DNA from: an uncultured Candidatus Rokubacteria bacterium
GTDB lineage: Bacteria > Methylomirabilota > Methylomirabilia > Rokubacteriales > DASRDR01
DNA: 64,000 nucleotides
Reading direction: 5' to 3'
Assembly: GCA_963805625.1 (NCBI GenBank)
Contig: CAWDVE010000017.1
Location: forward strand, 416,001 to 480,000
Shown here: positions 21,173-29,747 of the stretch, piece by piece
Layout: each line of letters opens with the position of its first letter
Numbering within the stretch: the first letter of the stretch is position 1
The notes under the pieces: generated by a model
The model's database searches: none
The model's input: the letters and a program-made list of their open reading frames with translations, nothing else
Told to the model about the DNA's origin: nothing
Made by a program: the position numbers and the translations under genes

Positions 21173-22189
21173 ATGATCATCGTGCTGAAACCGGGGATCG
21201 GGGACGCGGAGATCGAGGACGTTTGTCGGCGCATCGAAGCGCTTGGGCTCCGGGCGCACGTGAGCCGCGGCGAGCAGCGCACCGTGATCGGGGCGATCGG
21301 CGACGACCGCTTCAAGACACGACTCCAGGCGCTCGAGGCGCTGGAGTGCGTGGAGAGCATGGTGCCGATCCTCCAGCCGTTCAAGCTCGCGAGCCGGGAG
21401 GTACGTGCGACCGACACCGTCGTTCGCATCGACGGCGTCGCGATCGGCGGCGGGCGGATCGGAGTGATGGCCGGGCCCTGCTCGGTCGAGTCGTGGGAGC
21501 AGCTGCGGACGGTGGCCGAGGACGTCAAGGGGGCCGGCGCCCACCTCCTGCGCGGAGGGGCGTTCAAGCCGCGGACATCGCCCTACGCCTTCCAGGGGCT
21601 CGAGGAGGAGGGGCTCCGGCTCCTCGCCGCGGCGCGCAAGCAGACCGGGCTCCCCGTCATCACCGAGGTCCTCGAGCCAGACAAGGTGGGGGTCGTGGCG
21701 GAGTACGCCGATGTGCTCCAGATCGGGGCGCGCAACTGCCAGAATTTCTCCCTTCTCAAGGAAGTGGGGCAGTGCGGGAAGCCCGTGCTCCTCAAGCGAG
21801 GCATGGCGACGACGATCAAGGAGTTCCTCCTGTCGGCCGAGTACGTCCTGGCGGGGGGCAACCCGAACGTGATCCTGTGTGAGCGGGGAATCCGGACCTT
21901 CGAGACGACCACGCGCTACACACTCGATCTCAACGCGGTTCCGGTGATCAAGAAGCTCTCGCACCTTCCGGTCGTCGTCGACCCGAGCCACGGGACGGGG
22001 CACTGGGAGTACGTGGCGCCCATGGCCAAGGCCGGGATCGCGTGCGGGGCCGACGGGCTCCTGATCGAGGTGCACCACCGGCCGGAGGAGGCGCTCTCGG
22101 ACGGGCCCCAGTCTCTCAAGCCCGACAAGTTCGCGAAGCTGATGCGCGAGCTGCGCGCCCTCGCCGAGGTGCTTGGCCGGACGCTCTGA
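21173..22189 (+). CDS. aroF: 3-deoxy-7-phosphoheptulonate (DAHP) synthase, type I-beta with N-terminal regulatory domain
   Basis: [43 protein letters not shown]. Confidence 0.95.
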   Translation: MIIVLKPGIGDAEIEDVCRRIEALGLRAHVSRGEQRTVIGAIGDDRFKTRLQALEALECVESMVPILQPFKLASREVRATDTVVRIDGVAIGGGRIGVMAGPCSVESWEQLRTVAEDVKGAGAHLLRGGAFKPRTSPYAFQGLEEEGLRLLAAARKQTGLPVITEVLEPDKVGVVAEYADVLQIGARNCQNFSLLKEVGQCGKPVLLKRGMATTIKEFLLSAEYVLAGGNPNVILCERGIRTFETTTRYTLDLNAVPVIKKLSHLPVVVDPSHGTGHWEYVAPMAKAGIACGADGLLIEVHHRPEEALSDGPQSLKPDKFAKLMRELRALAEVLGRTL

Positions 22190-22330
22190 AATAACCTGCC
22201 GATCTCTCGGCCCGCCATCGAGCCGGGCCCGCCGGGCCTCGTTCCTGGACGGGCGGACCGCGAGACGCTCTTGCGCCGCGATCGCGAGGAATGCAGGCCC
22301 CCGGCTGCACTCCTCGCGGCGGATGAACAC

Positions 22331-22528
22331 GACGAACGAATGACCGACCCTCCGAGGGGTAGATGCGCCCGGAAGGGCCCATTCTCGCCCTCCGCCGCCG
22401 ACGAAAGAGGTCAGGGGATGCACGGGGATCGTCAGTGACGGAGCCCGTCAGCAGCCTATCCGGGCGCGGACGCGAGCGCGGAGCTGGCCTCCCATCCGAC
22501 GGACGTTCGGTCGGTTCGTCGGCGGTGG
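22331..22528 (+). ncRNA. putative structured non-coding RNA (orphan; resembles an IS110-family non-coding end)
   Basis: Perfect 11-bp inverted repeat CCGCCGACGAA (22395-22405)/TTCGTCGGCGG (22515-22525), plus nested alternative pairings with 22331-22373; no credible CDS. Family resemblance is from recall only. Confidence 0.4.
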
Positions 22529-22532
22529 CATA

Positions 22533-23687
22533 ATGATCTTGAATCTTATGAGCGTACGGCGTTCGGTCATCCGTTCGTGGCGGCGTCTTCGCCGGCCAAC
22601 CCTCGGCCGCCTGCTCTGGGCGTCTGTTGCCCTACACGTGGTCGTGACATTGGGAATCCTTGCCTGGCTCGGGCGGGACTCTTCCCAAGCCCCCCCGCCG
22701 ACCCGGGCACCCCTGATCGTGGAGCTGCCCCCCGCGGAGCCGGGGCCGCCGCTCGTCCGGCCCGAGACGCCGCCGGCCCGCAGCGCCACCCGACCCACGC
22801 CACCAGCCGCGCGCCCTGCTCCTGCGCCGCGTCCGCCCGCGCCCCCGCCGCCGAGCATGGCCAAGCTGCCCGAGCCCCCGCCACCCACGCCGGCGCCGCC
22901 CGTGCCGCCGCCGAGCGTGGCCAGGCTGCCCGAGCCTCCGCCACCCACGCCGGCGCCGCCCGCGCCCGTAACTCCACCTCCAGCCGCCCCGGCTCCTCCC
23001 TCCCCGCCGGTGGTGGCCCGGGCGCCCGAGCCGTCCGAGCCTATGTCGCCGACCCCGGCGACCCCACCATCTCCGTCCCCCGCGCCTCCTGCGGCCTCCG
23101 TCGAGCCGTCGTCACCGGCGGTCGGGACTCGCCCTGCACCTCCCGGAGCCAAGAGCGGGGTGCCCGCCCCTCCCGGGCCCTCGGAGCCGTCCGAGTCCCC
23201 GCTTCTCGGCCGTCAATTCTCGCTCCTCGGGCCTCGCCTTGACCTGCCGCCGTCCGTCGAGACGCCGCCGCCCTCCGGGAGTGGAGGGACGCGCCCGGAG
23301 GGATCGGGGTCCGGGAGCTTTGGATACGAGCGGGATGGCCAGGCCGGCGTGCCGCTGACCACGTCCGACCCGCGGTATGCCGAGTATTTCGCGGAGCTCA
23401 AGCGGCGGATTGAGGCCAACTGGACCTATCCCCAGGAAGCCTCGCGTCGGGGCCAGTCCGGGCAGGGACTCGTCGGCTTCGTGCTCCGAAAGAATGGACA
23501 GGTTCGCGAGGTGGACATCGTCCAGTCGTCCGGCGTCGAGATCCTCGACCGGTATCTGGTCAACGCCATCCGGCTGGCGAGTCCCATGCCGCCCATCCCT
23601 GATCGAATCAGCAACGGCACTCTGCCCGTCGTCTTCGCCTTCACCTACACCCTCTACCAAGGCGTCCGCGTCTTCGGGTTCCAGTGA
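22533..23687 (+). CDS. TonB family protein (TM anchor, Pro-rich linker, TonB C-terminal domain)
   Basis: SVALH TM motif, long poly-Pro linker, WTYPQEA..QSSGVEILD C-terminal domain; start could be 22548. Confidence 0.85.
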   Translation: MILNLMSVRRSVIRSWRRLRRPTLGRLLWASVALHVVVTLGILAWLGRDSSQAPPPTRAPLIVELPPAEPGPPLVRPETPPARSATRPTPPAARPAPAPRPPAPPPPSMAKLPEPPPPTPAPPVPPPSVARLPEPPPPTPAPPAPVTPPPAAPAPPSPPVVARAPEPSEPMSPTPATPPSPSPAPPAASVEPSSPAVGTRPAPPGAKSGVPAPPGPSEPSESPLLGRQFSLLGPRLDLPPSVETPPPSGSGGTRPEGSGSGSFGYERDGQAGVPLTTSDPRYAEYFAELKRRIEANWTYPQEASRRGQSGQGLVGFVLRKNGQVREVDIVQSSGVEILDRYLVNAIRLASPMPPIPDRISNGTLPVVFAFTYTLYQGVRVFGFQ

Positions 23688-25201
23688 ACCGGCTGCTCCG
23701 TTGCGTCCTGCCGCTCCTGGTCGCCGGCCTGCTTGCGGCCTGCGTCGCGCGGGAGCCTGACCGCCCCCCGGTTCGCCTCACGTTCCTCCAGTTCAACGAC
23801 CACTACATCCTGGAGCCCGCCGATCGCGAGCGCCAGAAGGGCGGCATGGCGCGGATCGCGACGCTGGTCGCGCGGACGCGGGCGGAGTCGCCGCACACCA
23901 TGCTCGCGCTGGCGGGGGACACGATCTCCCCGTCCATCATGTCGGCAGTGCTCCGGGGCGAGCAGATGATCGCTGCGTGGAATCAGCTCGGACTCGATGT
24001 CGCCACGTTCGGGAACCACGAGTTCGATTTCGGAGCGCCGAACCTGCTAGCGCGGATGCGCGAGTCGCGCTTCGCGTGGGTATCGGCGAACGTGCTGGAT
24101 CGCGCGACCGGCCGACCGTTCGGAGGCGCCCGCCCGACGCACGTGGTCGAGCAGGACGGGGTGCAGGTGGGATTCTTCGGCCTCACCGTTGCCGATACCC
24201 CGCAGACGTCGAGCCCGGGTCCGGGAGTCGAGTTCCGCGATCCGATCGCCGCCGCCCGAGTGGCCGTGGCCGAGCTTCGGACCGGCCGCCGCCCGATCGT
24301 GGTGGCGGTCACGCACCAGGACATGCCGGCCGACGAGCAGATGGCGCGCGCGGTGCCGGGCATCCACCTCGTCATCGGCGGCCACGAGCACGACCCACTG
24401 GAGAACGTCGTCGGGGATACGCTGATCACCAAGGCGGGGGCGGACGGCGTCTTCGTCGTGCGCGTCGACCTCCAGGCGACCCGCGACGGCAAGGTCCTGG
24501 CTCGCCAGCACCGCTTCATCCCCATCACGCCCGAGCTGCCGGAGGATCCGGCGATGGCCGCGCTGGTCGCCCGCTACCAGGCTCGCCTCAGCGACGCGCT
24601 CGACGTGCGGATCGGCGAGACCCGGGTGCCGCTGGACGCGCGCAACGCCGCGCTTCGGACGGGCGAGACGAACATCGGCAACCTCGTCACCGACGTCATG
24701 CGGGCGAGGCTCCGGGCCGATGTGGCGATCATGAACGGAGGCGGGATCCGAGGGAACCAGCTCCTCCCGGCTGGTTCCATGACCAAGCGGGACGTCAATG
24801 CGCTCCTGCCCTTTCTGAACGTCCTGGTCATGCTGGAGGTGCCAGGCAAGGTCCTCCTGGACGTGCTCGAGCGCTCGGTTGGCGTCTTTCCGAGGGAGTT
24901 CGGCGGGTTTCTCCAGGTCTCGGGGCTCAGCCTCGTCTTCGACCCCGCCCGTCCGGCCGGCCAGCGTGTCGTGCGGGTGCTCGTGGGCGGCCAGCCACTG
25001 GACCCTGAGCGGCGCTACACGGTGGCGACCAACAGCTATACGGCCGAGGGCGGCGACGGGTACGCGATGTTGGCCACGGCGAAGCCCCTCGTGTTCCCCC
25101 AGGACGGCCCTGGACTGGCGGAAACCCTCCTCGAGGCCATCGAGCGCGCCGGGGTGATTGCCCCGAGCACCGAGGGGCGGATCACTCGGTCGAGCCCTTG
25201 A
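23684..25201 (+). CDS. bifunctional metallophosphatase / 5'-nucleotidase (UshA-like), probable lipoprotein
   Basis: LLAAC lipobox, FNDHY, AGDT, GNHEFD, GGHEH, NGGGIRG, GGDGY. Confidence 0.9.
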   Translation: MNRLLRCVLPLLVAGLLAACVAREPDRPPVRLTFLQFNDHYILEPADRERQKGGMARIATLVARTRAESPHTMLALAGDTISPSIMSAVLRGEQMIAAWNQLGLDVATFGNHEFDFGAPNLLARMRESRFAWVSANVLDRATGRPFGGARPTHVVEQDGVQVGFFGLTVADTPQTSSPGPGVEFRDPIAAARVAVAELRTGRRPIVVAVTHQDMPADEQMARAVPGIHLVIGGHEHDPLENVVGDTLITKAGADGVFVVRVDLQATRDGKVLARQHRFIPITPELPEDPAMAALVARYQARLSDALDVRIGETRVPLDARNAALRTGETNIGNLVTDVMRARLRADVAIMNGGGIRGNQLLPAGSMTKRDVNALLPFLNVLVMLEVPGKVLLDVLERSVGVFPREFGGFLQVSGLSLVFDPARPAGQRVVRVLVGGQPLDPERRYTVATNSYTAEGGDGYAMLATAKPLVFPQDGPGLAETLLEAIERAGVIAPSTEGRITRSSP

Positions 25202-25214
25202 GAGGGTATGGCGC

Positions 25215-25244
25215 TTGACAGCCCAAAGGTGCTGTTGGTACGCT
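25215..25244 (+). promoter_or_regulatory. sigma70-type promoter of tRNA-Val
   Basis: TTGACA, 18 bp spacer, TG-extended TACGCT. Confidence 0.6.
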
Positions 25245-25261
25245 GTTTTGCGCTCCAGGCC

Positions 25262-25336
25262 AGGGACGTAGCTCAGTGGGAGAGCGCCTGTCTGACGCAC
25301 AGGAGGTCGGCGGTTCGAAACCGCCCGTCCCTACCA
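25262..25336 (+). tRNA. tRNA-Val(GAC)
   Basis: Acceptor AGGGACG/CGTCCCT-A-CCA, anticodon arm CCTGT-CTGACGC-ACAGG, T arm GGTTCGAAACC. Confidence 0.95.
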
Positions 25337-25404
25337 CGTACGACATCGCGCGAGGGGTGTCCTGACGCACGGTGTGAGTGACCCGAGTGAGGCGGCTCGC
25401 AGAG

Positions 25405-25436
25405 CATCACGAAGGGTGACCTTCGTGATGTTTTTG
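25405..25436 (+). terminator. intrinsic terminator downstream of tRNA-Val
   Basis: CATCACGAAGG-GTGA-CCTTCGTGATG followed by TTTTT. Confidence 0.8.
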
Positions 25437-25480
25437 TCTTTGAGGACCAGGGCGGTCCGGGGAGAGATTCGGCGGACGGG

Positions 25481-27283
25481 ATGGTGGACGAGACACACGC
25501 GCATCTGACAGGGGCGGGCGAGTACGACTGTGCCCTCGAGCCCCTCCCCACGCTCAGGCACTCTACGGCTCACCTGCTGGCCCAGGCGGTGACGCAGGTG
25601 TTCCCGGGGGTCAAGCTTGCCATCGGGCCTCCCATCGAGAACGGCTTCTACTACGACTTCCACCGGGACGTGCCCTTCACCGAGGAGGATCTCGCCCGCC
25701 TCGAGGAGCGCATGCGCGATCTCGCGAAGGCGGACTACCCGATCGTGCGCGAGGAGCGGTCGCGGGCGGACGCGATACGCTACTACCGCGAGCGCGATGA
25801 GCCGTTCAAGGTCGAGATCCTCGAGGCGCTGCCGGCCGACGTGACGCGGGTGTCCTTCTACCGGCAGGGGGAATTCGTCGACCTCTGCCGCGGTCCCCAC
25901 GTGACTGGGACCGGCCACATCCAGGCGTTCAAGCTCCTGTCCTCCTCGGGGGCCTACTGGCGGGGCGACGAGCACCGGCCCATGCTCCAGCGCATCTACG
26001 GGACGGCCTGGTTCACGCAGGAAGAACTCGACCGGCATCTGTGGCGACTCGAAGAGAGCAAGCGCCGCGACCACCGGAAGCTCGGCCGCGAGCTCGAGCT
26101 CTTCGCGTTCCACGACGTCTCGCCGGGGGCGCCCTTCTGGCTCCCCAAGGGCATGATTGTCTTCCGCGAGCTCGAGCGTTTCGAGCGCGAGCTGCAGGAT
26201 GCGCAGGGCTACCAGGAAATCTCGACGCCGATCCTGGTGAACAAGCGACTCTGGGAGCAATCGGGGCATTGGGAGCACTATTCCGAGAACATGTTCAAGG
26301 TCGAGGCCGAGGAGCAGATCTTCAGCCTCAAGCCGATGAACTGTCCCGAGTCGACGTTCGTCTATCGGCAGGCGCTCCGCTCGTACCGGGATCTGCCCCT
26401 CCGCTTTTCAGAGATGGGCCGGCTCCATCGGAACGAGCGCTCGGGCACGCTCACCGGACTCTTCCGGGTGCGCCAATTCACGCAGGATGACGCGCACATC
26501 TACTGCCGGCCCGATCAGCTGCAGGAGGAGATCCGTGCGGTTCTCGGGCTGGTCGCGACGTTCTACCGGACATTCGGGCTCGAGCCCACGTTCCGCTTCG
26601 CCACGCGACCCGAGAAGTATCTCGGAACGCCGGAGCAGTGGGACGCGGCGGAGCGGGCCCTCGAGCAGGCGCTCCGGGTCAATGACCTGCCCTTCACGCT
26701 CAAGCCCGGCGACGGCGCGTTCTACGCTCCGAAGATCGACATCCACATCGAGGACCTTCTCGGGCGTGACTGGCAGATGGCGACCATCCAGGCGGACCTG
26801 ACGATGTTGCCCGACCGGTTCGAGCTCGAGTACGTCGACTCGGACGGGCGGCCAAAGCGTCCGGTGGTGATTCATCGGGCAATCCTCGGCTCGTTCGAGC
26901 GCTTCGTAGGGATCCTGACCGAGCACTTCGCGGGCGCCTTTCCCACGTGGCTGGCGCCGGTCCAGGTGCGGGTCCTCCCGGTGTCGGCCAAGCACGCCGA
27001 GTACGCGGGGACGGTCCACCGGCGCCTGCTCGAGGCCGGCGCGCGGGCCGAGCTCGACGACCGCTCGGAGAAGCTTGGGTACAGGGTGCGCGAGGCGCAG
27101 GTCCAGAAGGTGCCGTACGTGCTGGTCGTGGGTGAGCGCGAGGCCCGCGAGGGCACCGCAAGCGTTCGCAAAAGAGGCGGCGAGGACGTCGGGGCGATGC
27201 CCGTCGACCGGTTCCTCGCCGAGGTCACGGCCGAGATCCGGACCCGGGCCGCGACTTCACGCATCGGGCCGGAACGGGGGTAA
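25481..27283 (+). CDS. thrS: threonine--tRNA ligase (short form lacking the N-terminal TGS domain)
   Basis: RHSTAH, DLCRGPH, RDHRKLG, KPMNCP, RVRQFTQDDAH, HRAILGSFERF. Confidence 0.97.
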   Translation: MVDETHAHLTGAGEYDCALEPLPTLRHSTAHLLAQAVTQVFPGVKLAIGPPIENGFYYDFHRDVPFTEEDLARLEERMRDLAKADYPIVREERSRADAIRYYRERDEPFKVEILEALPADVTRVSFYRQGEFVDLCRGPHVTGTGHIQAFKLLSSSGAYWRGDEHRPMLQRIYGTAWFTQEELDRHLWRLEESKRRDHRKLGRELELFAFHDVSPGAPFWLPKGMIVFRELERFERELQDAQGYQEISTPILVNKRLWEQSGHWEHYSENMFKVEAEEQIFSLKPMNCPESTFVYRQALRSYRDLPLRFSEMGRLHRNERSGTLTGLFRVRQFTQDDAHIYCRPDQLQEEIRAVLGLVATFYRTFGLEPTFRFATRPEKYLGTPEQWDAAERALEQALRVNDLPFTLKPGDGAFYAPKIDIHIEDLLGRDWQMATIQADLTMLPDRFELEYVDSDGRPKRPVVIHRAILGSFERFVGILTEHFAGAFPTWLAPVQVRVLPVSAKHAEYAGTVHRRLLEAGARAELDDRSEKLGYRVREAQVQKVPYVLVVGEREAREGTASVRKRGGEDVGAMPVDRFLAEVTAEIRTRAATSRIGPERG

Positions 27284-27288
27284 GGCGC

Positions 27289-27810
27289 ATCTCCACACTG
27301 CAGCGGGACCTCAGGATCAACGAAGGAATTCGGGCTCGGGAAGTCAGGGTCGTTAGCGCGGAGGGCGAGCAGCTCGGAATCCTGCCTATCGGCGAGGCGA
27401 TTCGGATCGCGCAGGAGCGGGAGCTCGACCTGGTCGAGGTCGCGCCGGAGGCGGCGCCGCCGGTCTGCCGGATCATGGACTTCGGGAAGTTCAAGTATCA
27501 GCAGAGCCGGCGCGCGAAGGATGCCCGCAAGAAGCAGACGGTCATCCAGGTCAAGGAAGTCAAGATGGGGCCGAAGACGGACGAGCACGATTTCCAGTTC
27601 AAGGCACGGCACGTCCGCCGGTTCATCGAGGACGGGAACAAGGCCAAGGTCACGATCCGATTCCGTGGCCGCGAGATGGTCCACACGGAGCTCGGCCGCC
27701 GGTTGCTGGACCGCATGACCCAGGATCTGCTGGACATCGCCACGATCGAGAGCCACGCGCGGCTGGAGGGGCGGAACATGGTCATGATCCTGACCCCGAA
27801 GCAGCGCTAA
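27289..27810 (+). CDS. infC: translation initiation factor IF-3 (probable non-canonical ATC start)
   Basis: RINEGIRAREVRVV, PPVCRIMDFGKFKY, FRGRE. The open frame extends upstream of the tracked ATG to ATC 27289, behind GGGGGT. Confidence 0.93.
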   Translation: MSTLQRDLRINEGIRAREVRVVSAEGEQLGILPIGEAIRIAQERELDLVEVAPEAAPPVCRIMDFGKFKYQQSRRAKDARKKQTVIQVKEVKMGPKTDEHDFQFKARHVRRFIEDGNKAKVTIRFRGREMVHTELGRRLLDRMTQDLLDIATIESHARLEGRNMVMILTPKQR

Positions 27811-27839
27811 GCTCGGCCGCAGGGAGAGACGAGGACGCC

Positions 27840-28037
27840 ATGCCGAAGATCAAGACGAAGCGGAGCGCTGCCAAGCGGATCCGGGCCACCGGCACCGGGA
27901 AGCTGGCGCGCGCCAAGGGCTGGAAGAAGCACCTCCTCGAGTGGAAGCCTTCCAAGCGGAGGCGCCAGCTTCGCAAGGACACGTTGATCGCGCCGGCAGA
28001 CGAGAAGCGTATCCGGCGTCTCGTTCCGTACCTGTAG
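27840..28037 (+). CDS. rpmI: 50S ribosomal protein L35
   Basis: MPKIKTKRSAAKR..HLL..; synteny with infC and rplT. Confidence 0.95.
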   Translation: MPKIKTKRSAAKRIRATGTGKLARAKGWKKHLLEWKPSKRRRQLRKDTLIAPADEKRIRRLVPYL

Positions 28038-28141
28038 ATCGCGGGCCGCCGCGCGAGATCGGACCCATCGCCGATCCCCGCCAGCCTGCGTGATACACTT
28101 TGCCGGCCGGGAGGCTCGTCCGCGAGCCGTGCCCGGTCCCT

Positions 28142-28292
28142 GGCGGTCTTCGCACCGCCCAGCCGCCCCGCGGAGGGGGGGCTGATGCTCACCGGTTGCC
28201 TCGGCGGGTTACAACCGCCGGAGTCCTGCGATCCAGCCGCCTGCCTGAACCGGCGTGCCTGGGTCGGGTGACAGATGGGTTGCCTCCCCCCG
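28142..28292 (+). ncRNA. putative structured leader upstream of rplT
   Basis: Several helices (GGAGGGGGGGC/GCCTCCCCCC, TCACC/GGTGA, CCGGTT/AACCGG, CGGCGG/CCGCCG, GGCGGT/ACCGCC) in an unusually long rpmI-rplT spacer. Confidence 0.4.
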
Positions 28293-28324
28293 GGCTCAAG
28301 TGAGGCGAGAAGGAGCAACAAGCC

Positions 28325-28684
28325 ATGCCGCGTGCCAAGGGCGGACCGAAGACCCGCCAGCGACGGAAGAAGGTCCTCAAGCAGGCCAAGGGCTACTGGG
28401 GCGGTCGACGCCGGCTGTATCGGAGCGCCGCCGAGACGGTGCTCCGGGCCCTGGCCTTTGCCCACCGAGACCGCCGAGCGAAGAAGCGGGACTTCCGGTC
28501 GCTCTGGATCCTGCGCATCAACGCCGCCTGCCGGGCGCTGGGCCTGCCGTACTCGAGCTTCGTGAGCGGGCTCAAGAAGGCCGGGGTCAACCTGGACCGG
28601 AAAGTCCTGGCGGATCTGGCCATCAGCGATCCCGCGGCCTTCGCTCGCCTCGTGGAAACCGCGCGCGCCCAATCTGGGCGCTAG
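28325..28684 (+). CDS. rplT: 50S ribosomal protein L20
   Basis: [30 protein letters not shown]. Confidence 0.97.
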   Translation: MPRAKGGPKTRQRRKKVLKQAKGYWGGRRRLYRSAAETVLRALAFAHRDRRAKKRDFRSLWILRINAACRALGLPYSSFVSGLKKAGVNLDRKVLADLAISDPAAFARLVETARAQSGR

Positions 28685-28920
28685 CTCTTCGCCGGGAGGG
28701 CTCCTGGGCGGAGGGAAAAAATCCCCTCGGCCGAAGGGGCCATGGGGACTCTTGACCCTATCCCGGGTTCCCGGATCTGTCAGTGGTCTTCCAGTTCTTG
28801 TCAGTTTGAGGTGGTTTCGGGACTATTCGAAGCGCTGGCCGGTTGTGTGCTGCATCCGAAACCTCGGCTACCGTTGGTGTCCACCGGCTAACATGAGTTC
28901 CGCGCCGTGTGAATCTCTCT

Positions 28921-28936
28921 CGGCACGAGGATTGCT
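28921..28936 (+). promoter_or_regulatory. sigma54 (-24/-12) promoter of the pilin gene
   Basis: CGGCAC-GAGGA-TTGCT; TGTCAGT direct repeats 21 bp apart at 28778 and 28799 are candidate activator sites. Confidence 0.7.
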
Positions 28937-28977
28937 TGAAAGCCTCCTGATGGTCGACCTGACCAGGGAGGGTGCTG

Positions 28978-29388
28978 ATGAGCGAGCGCGATTCTGGGGA
29001 GAAAGGGGCTAGGGACCCCCGGTCCAGGGGCCTCCGGGCGATGCTCCGGCGGCGGCGCCGGTCCCGGAAGTGTGATCAGCGTGGCCTCACGCTCGTCGAG
29101 CTGATGATCGTCGTGACGATCATCGCGATCATCGCCGCCGTCGCCATCGCGATCTATCAGGACATCGTGAAGAAGTCCAAGCTTGCCGCGGATCAGGGGA
29201 TCGTTTCGAGCCTCCGGTCAGCTGTGGCCATGTATTACGGTCGCAGCAATGGCCTGTTTCCCACGAACATGGCCTCGGTGGAAGCGCTCGTTCAGCCGGC
29301 GCCCATATACAACTGTTCCGTCCCGCCGGTCTACGACCCCGCCAACGGCAAGATCACCTTCACGGCGTCGTTGGCCGACTGCCCCTAA
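28978..29388 (+). CDS. type IV pilin / prepilin-type N-terminal cleavage-methylation protein
   Basis: Basic leader then QRG|LTLVELMIVV with E5, hydrophobic alpha-1 helix, C-terminal Cys pair; 100-aa mature form. Start uncertain (28978 or 29041). Confidence 0.85.
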   Translation: MSERDSGEKGARDPRSRGLRAMLRRRRRSRKCDQRGLTLVELMIVVTIIAIIAAVAIAIYQDIVKKSKLAADQGIVSSLRSAVAMYYGRSNGLFPTNMASVEALVQPAPIYNCSVPPVYDPANGKITFTASLADCP

Positions 29389-29528
29389 GAGCTCGGGGAT
29401 TTCTCGCACGAGCCGGGTCTTGGCCCGCGTGGGGGCCTGCCACGAAAGCCCCATCGGTCCCTTCCTAGGGAGTTTTGCTCTCCATAGCGGTCTTCTCCGA
29501 TGGGCATCCGACCCCCGATGTACATCCT

Positions 29529-29625
29529 CTATTGGACGGTTGTCCAATAGGAGCCCGGACGGGACAGCAGCATCCACAAGCTTTTACCTGGAATTCCCGG
29601 CCTCCCCAGTGGCATCCGGTTTGCT
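29529..29625 (+). promoter_or_regulatory. sigma54 promoter of the subtilase with an upstream palindrome
   Basis: TGGCAT-CCGGT-TTGCT (29610-29625); perfect inverted repeat CTATTGGAC-N4-GTCCAATAG (29529-29550). Confidence 0.65.
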
Positions 29626-29747
29626 CACGTAACCCTCACCGGTTTCGCGCCGGTTGTCCCATCCACGACGCTCGCTCAAAGCAGCGACCCGATGACGCAT
29701 CGCGGCGCCCCTTCCGGCGCCTGGCGGTGCCTGGACGGGAGGATCCG

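Noticed and set aside
22430-22456. SRP (4.5S) RNA, suggested by GTCAG...GCAGC
   Set aside because: Lacks the conserved CAGG..GNRA..AGCAG helix-8 geometry.
25337-25480. T-box riboswitch for thrS
   Set aside because: Too short, with no stem I motifs and no UGGNACC antiterminator bulge.
28978-29388. Conductive (e-)pilin
   Set aside because: Only 7 aromatic residues in 100, and positions 1 and 27 are non-aromatic.
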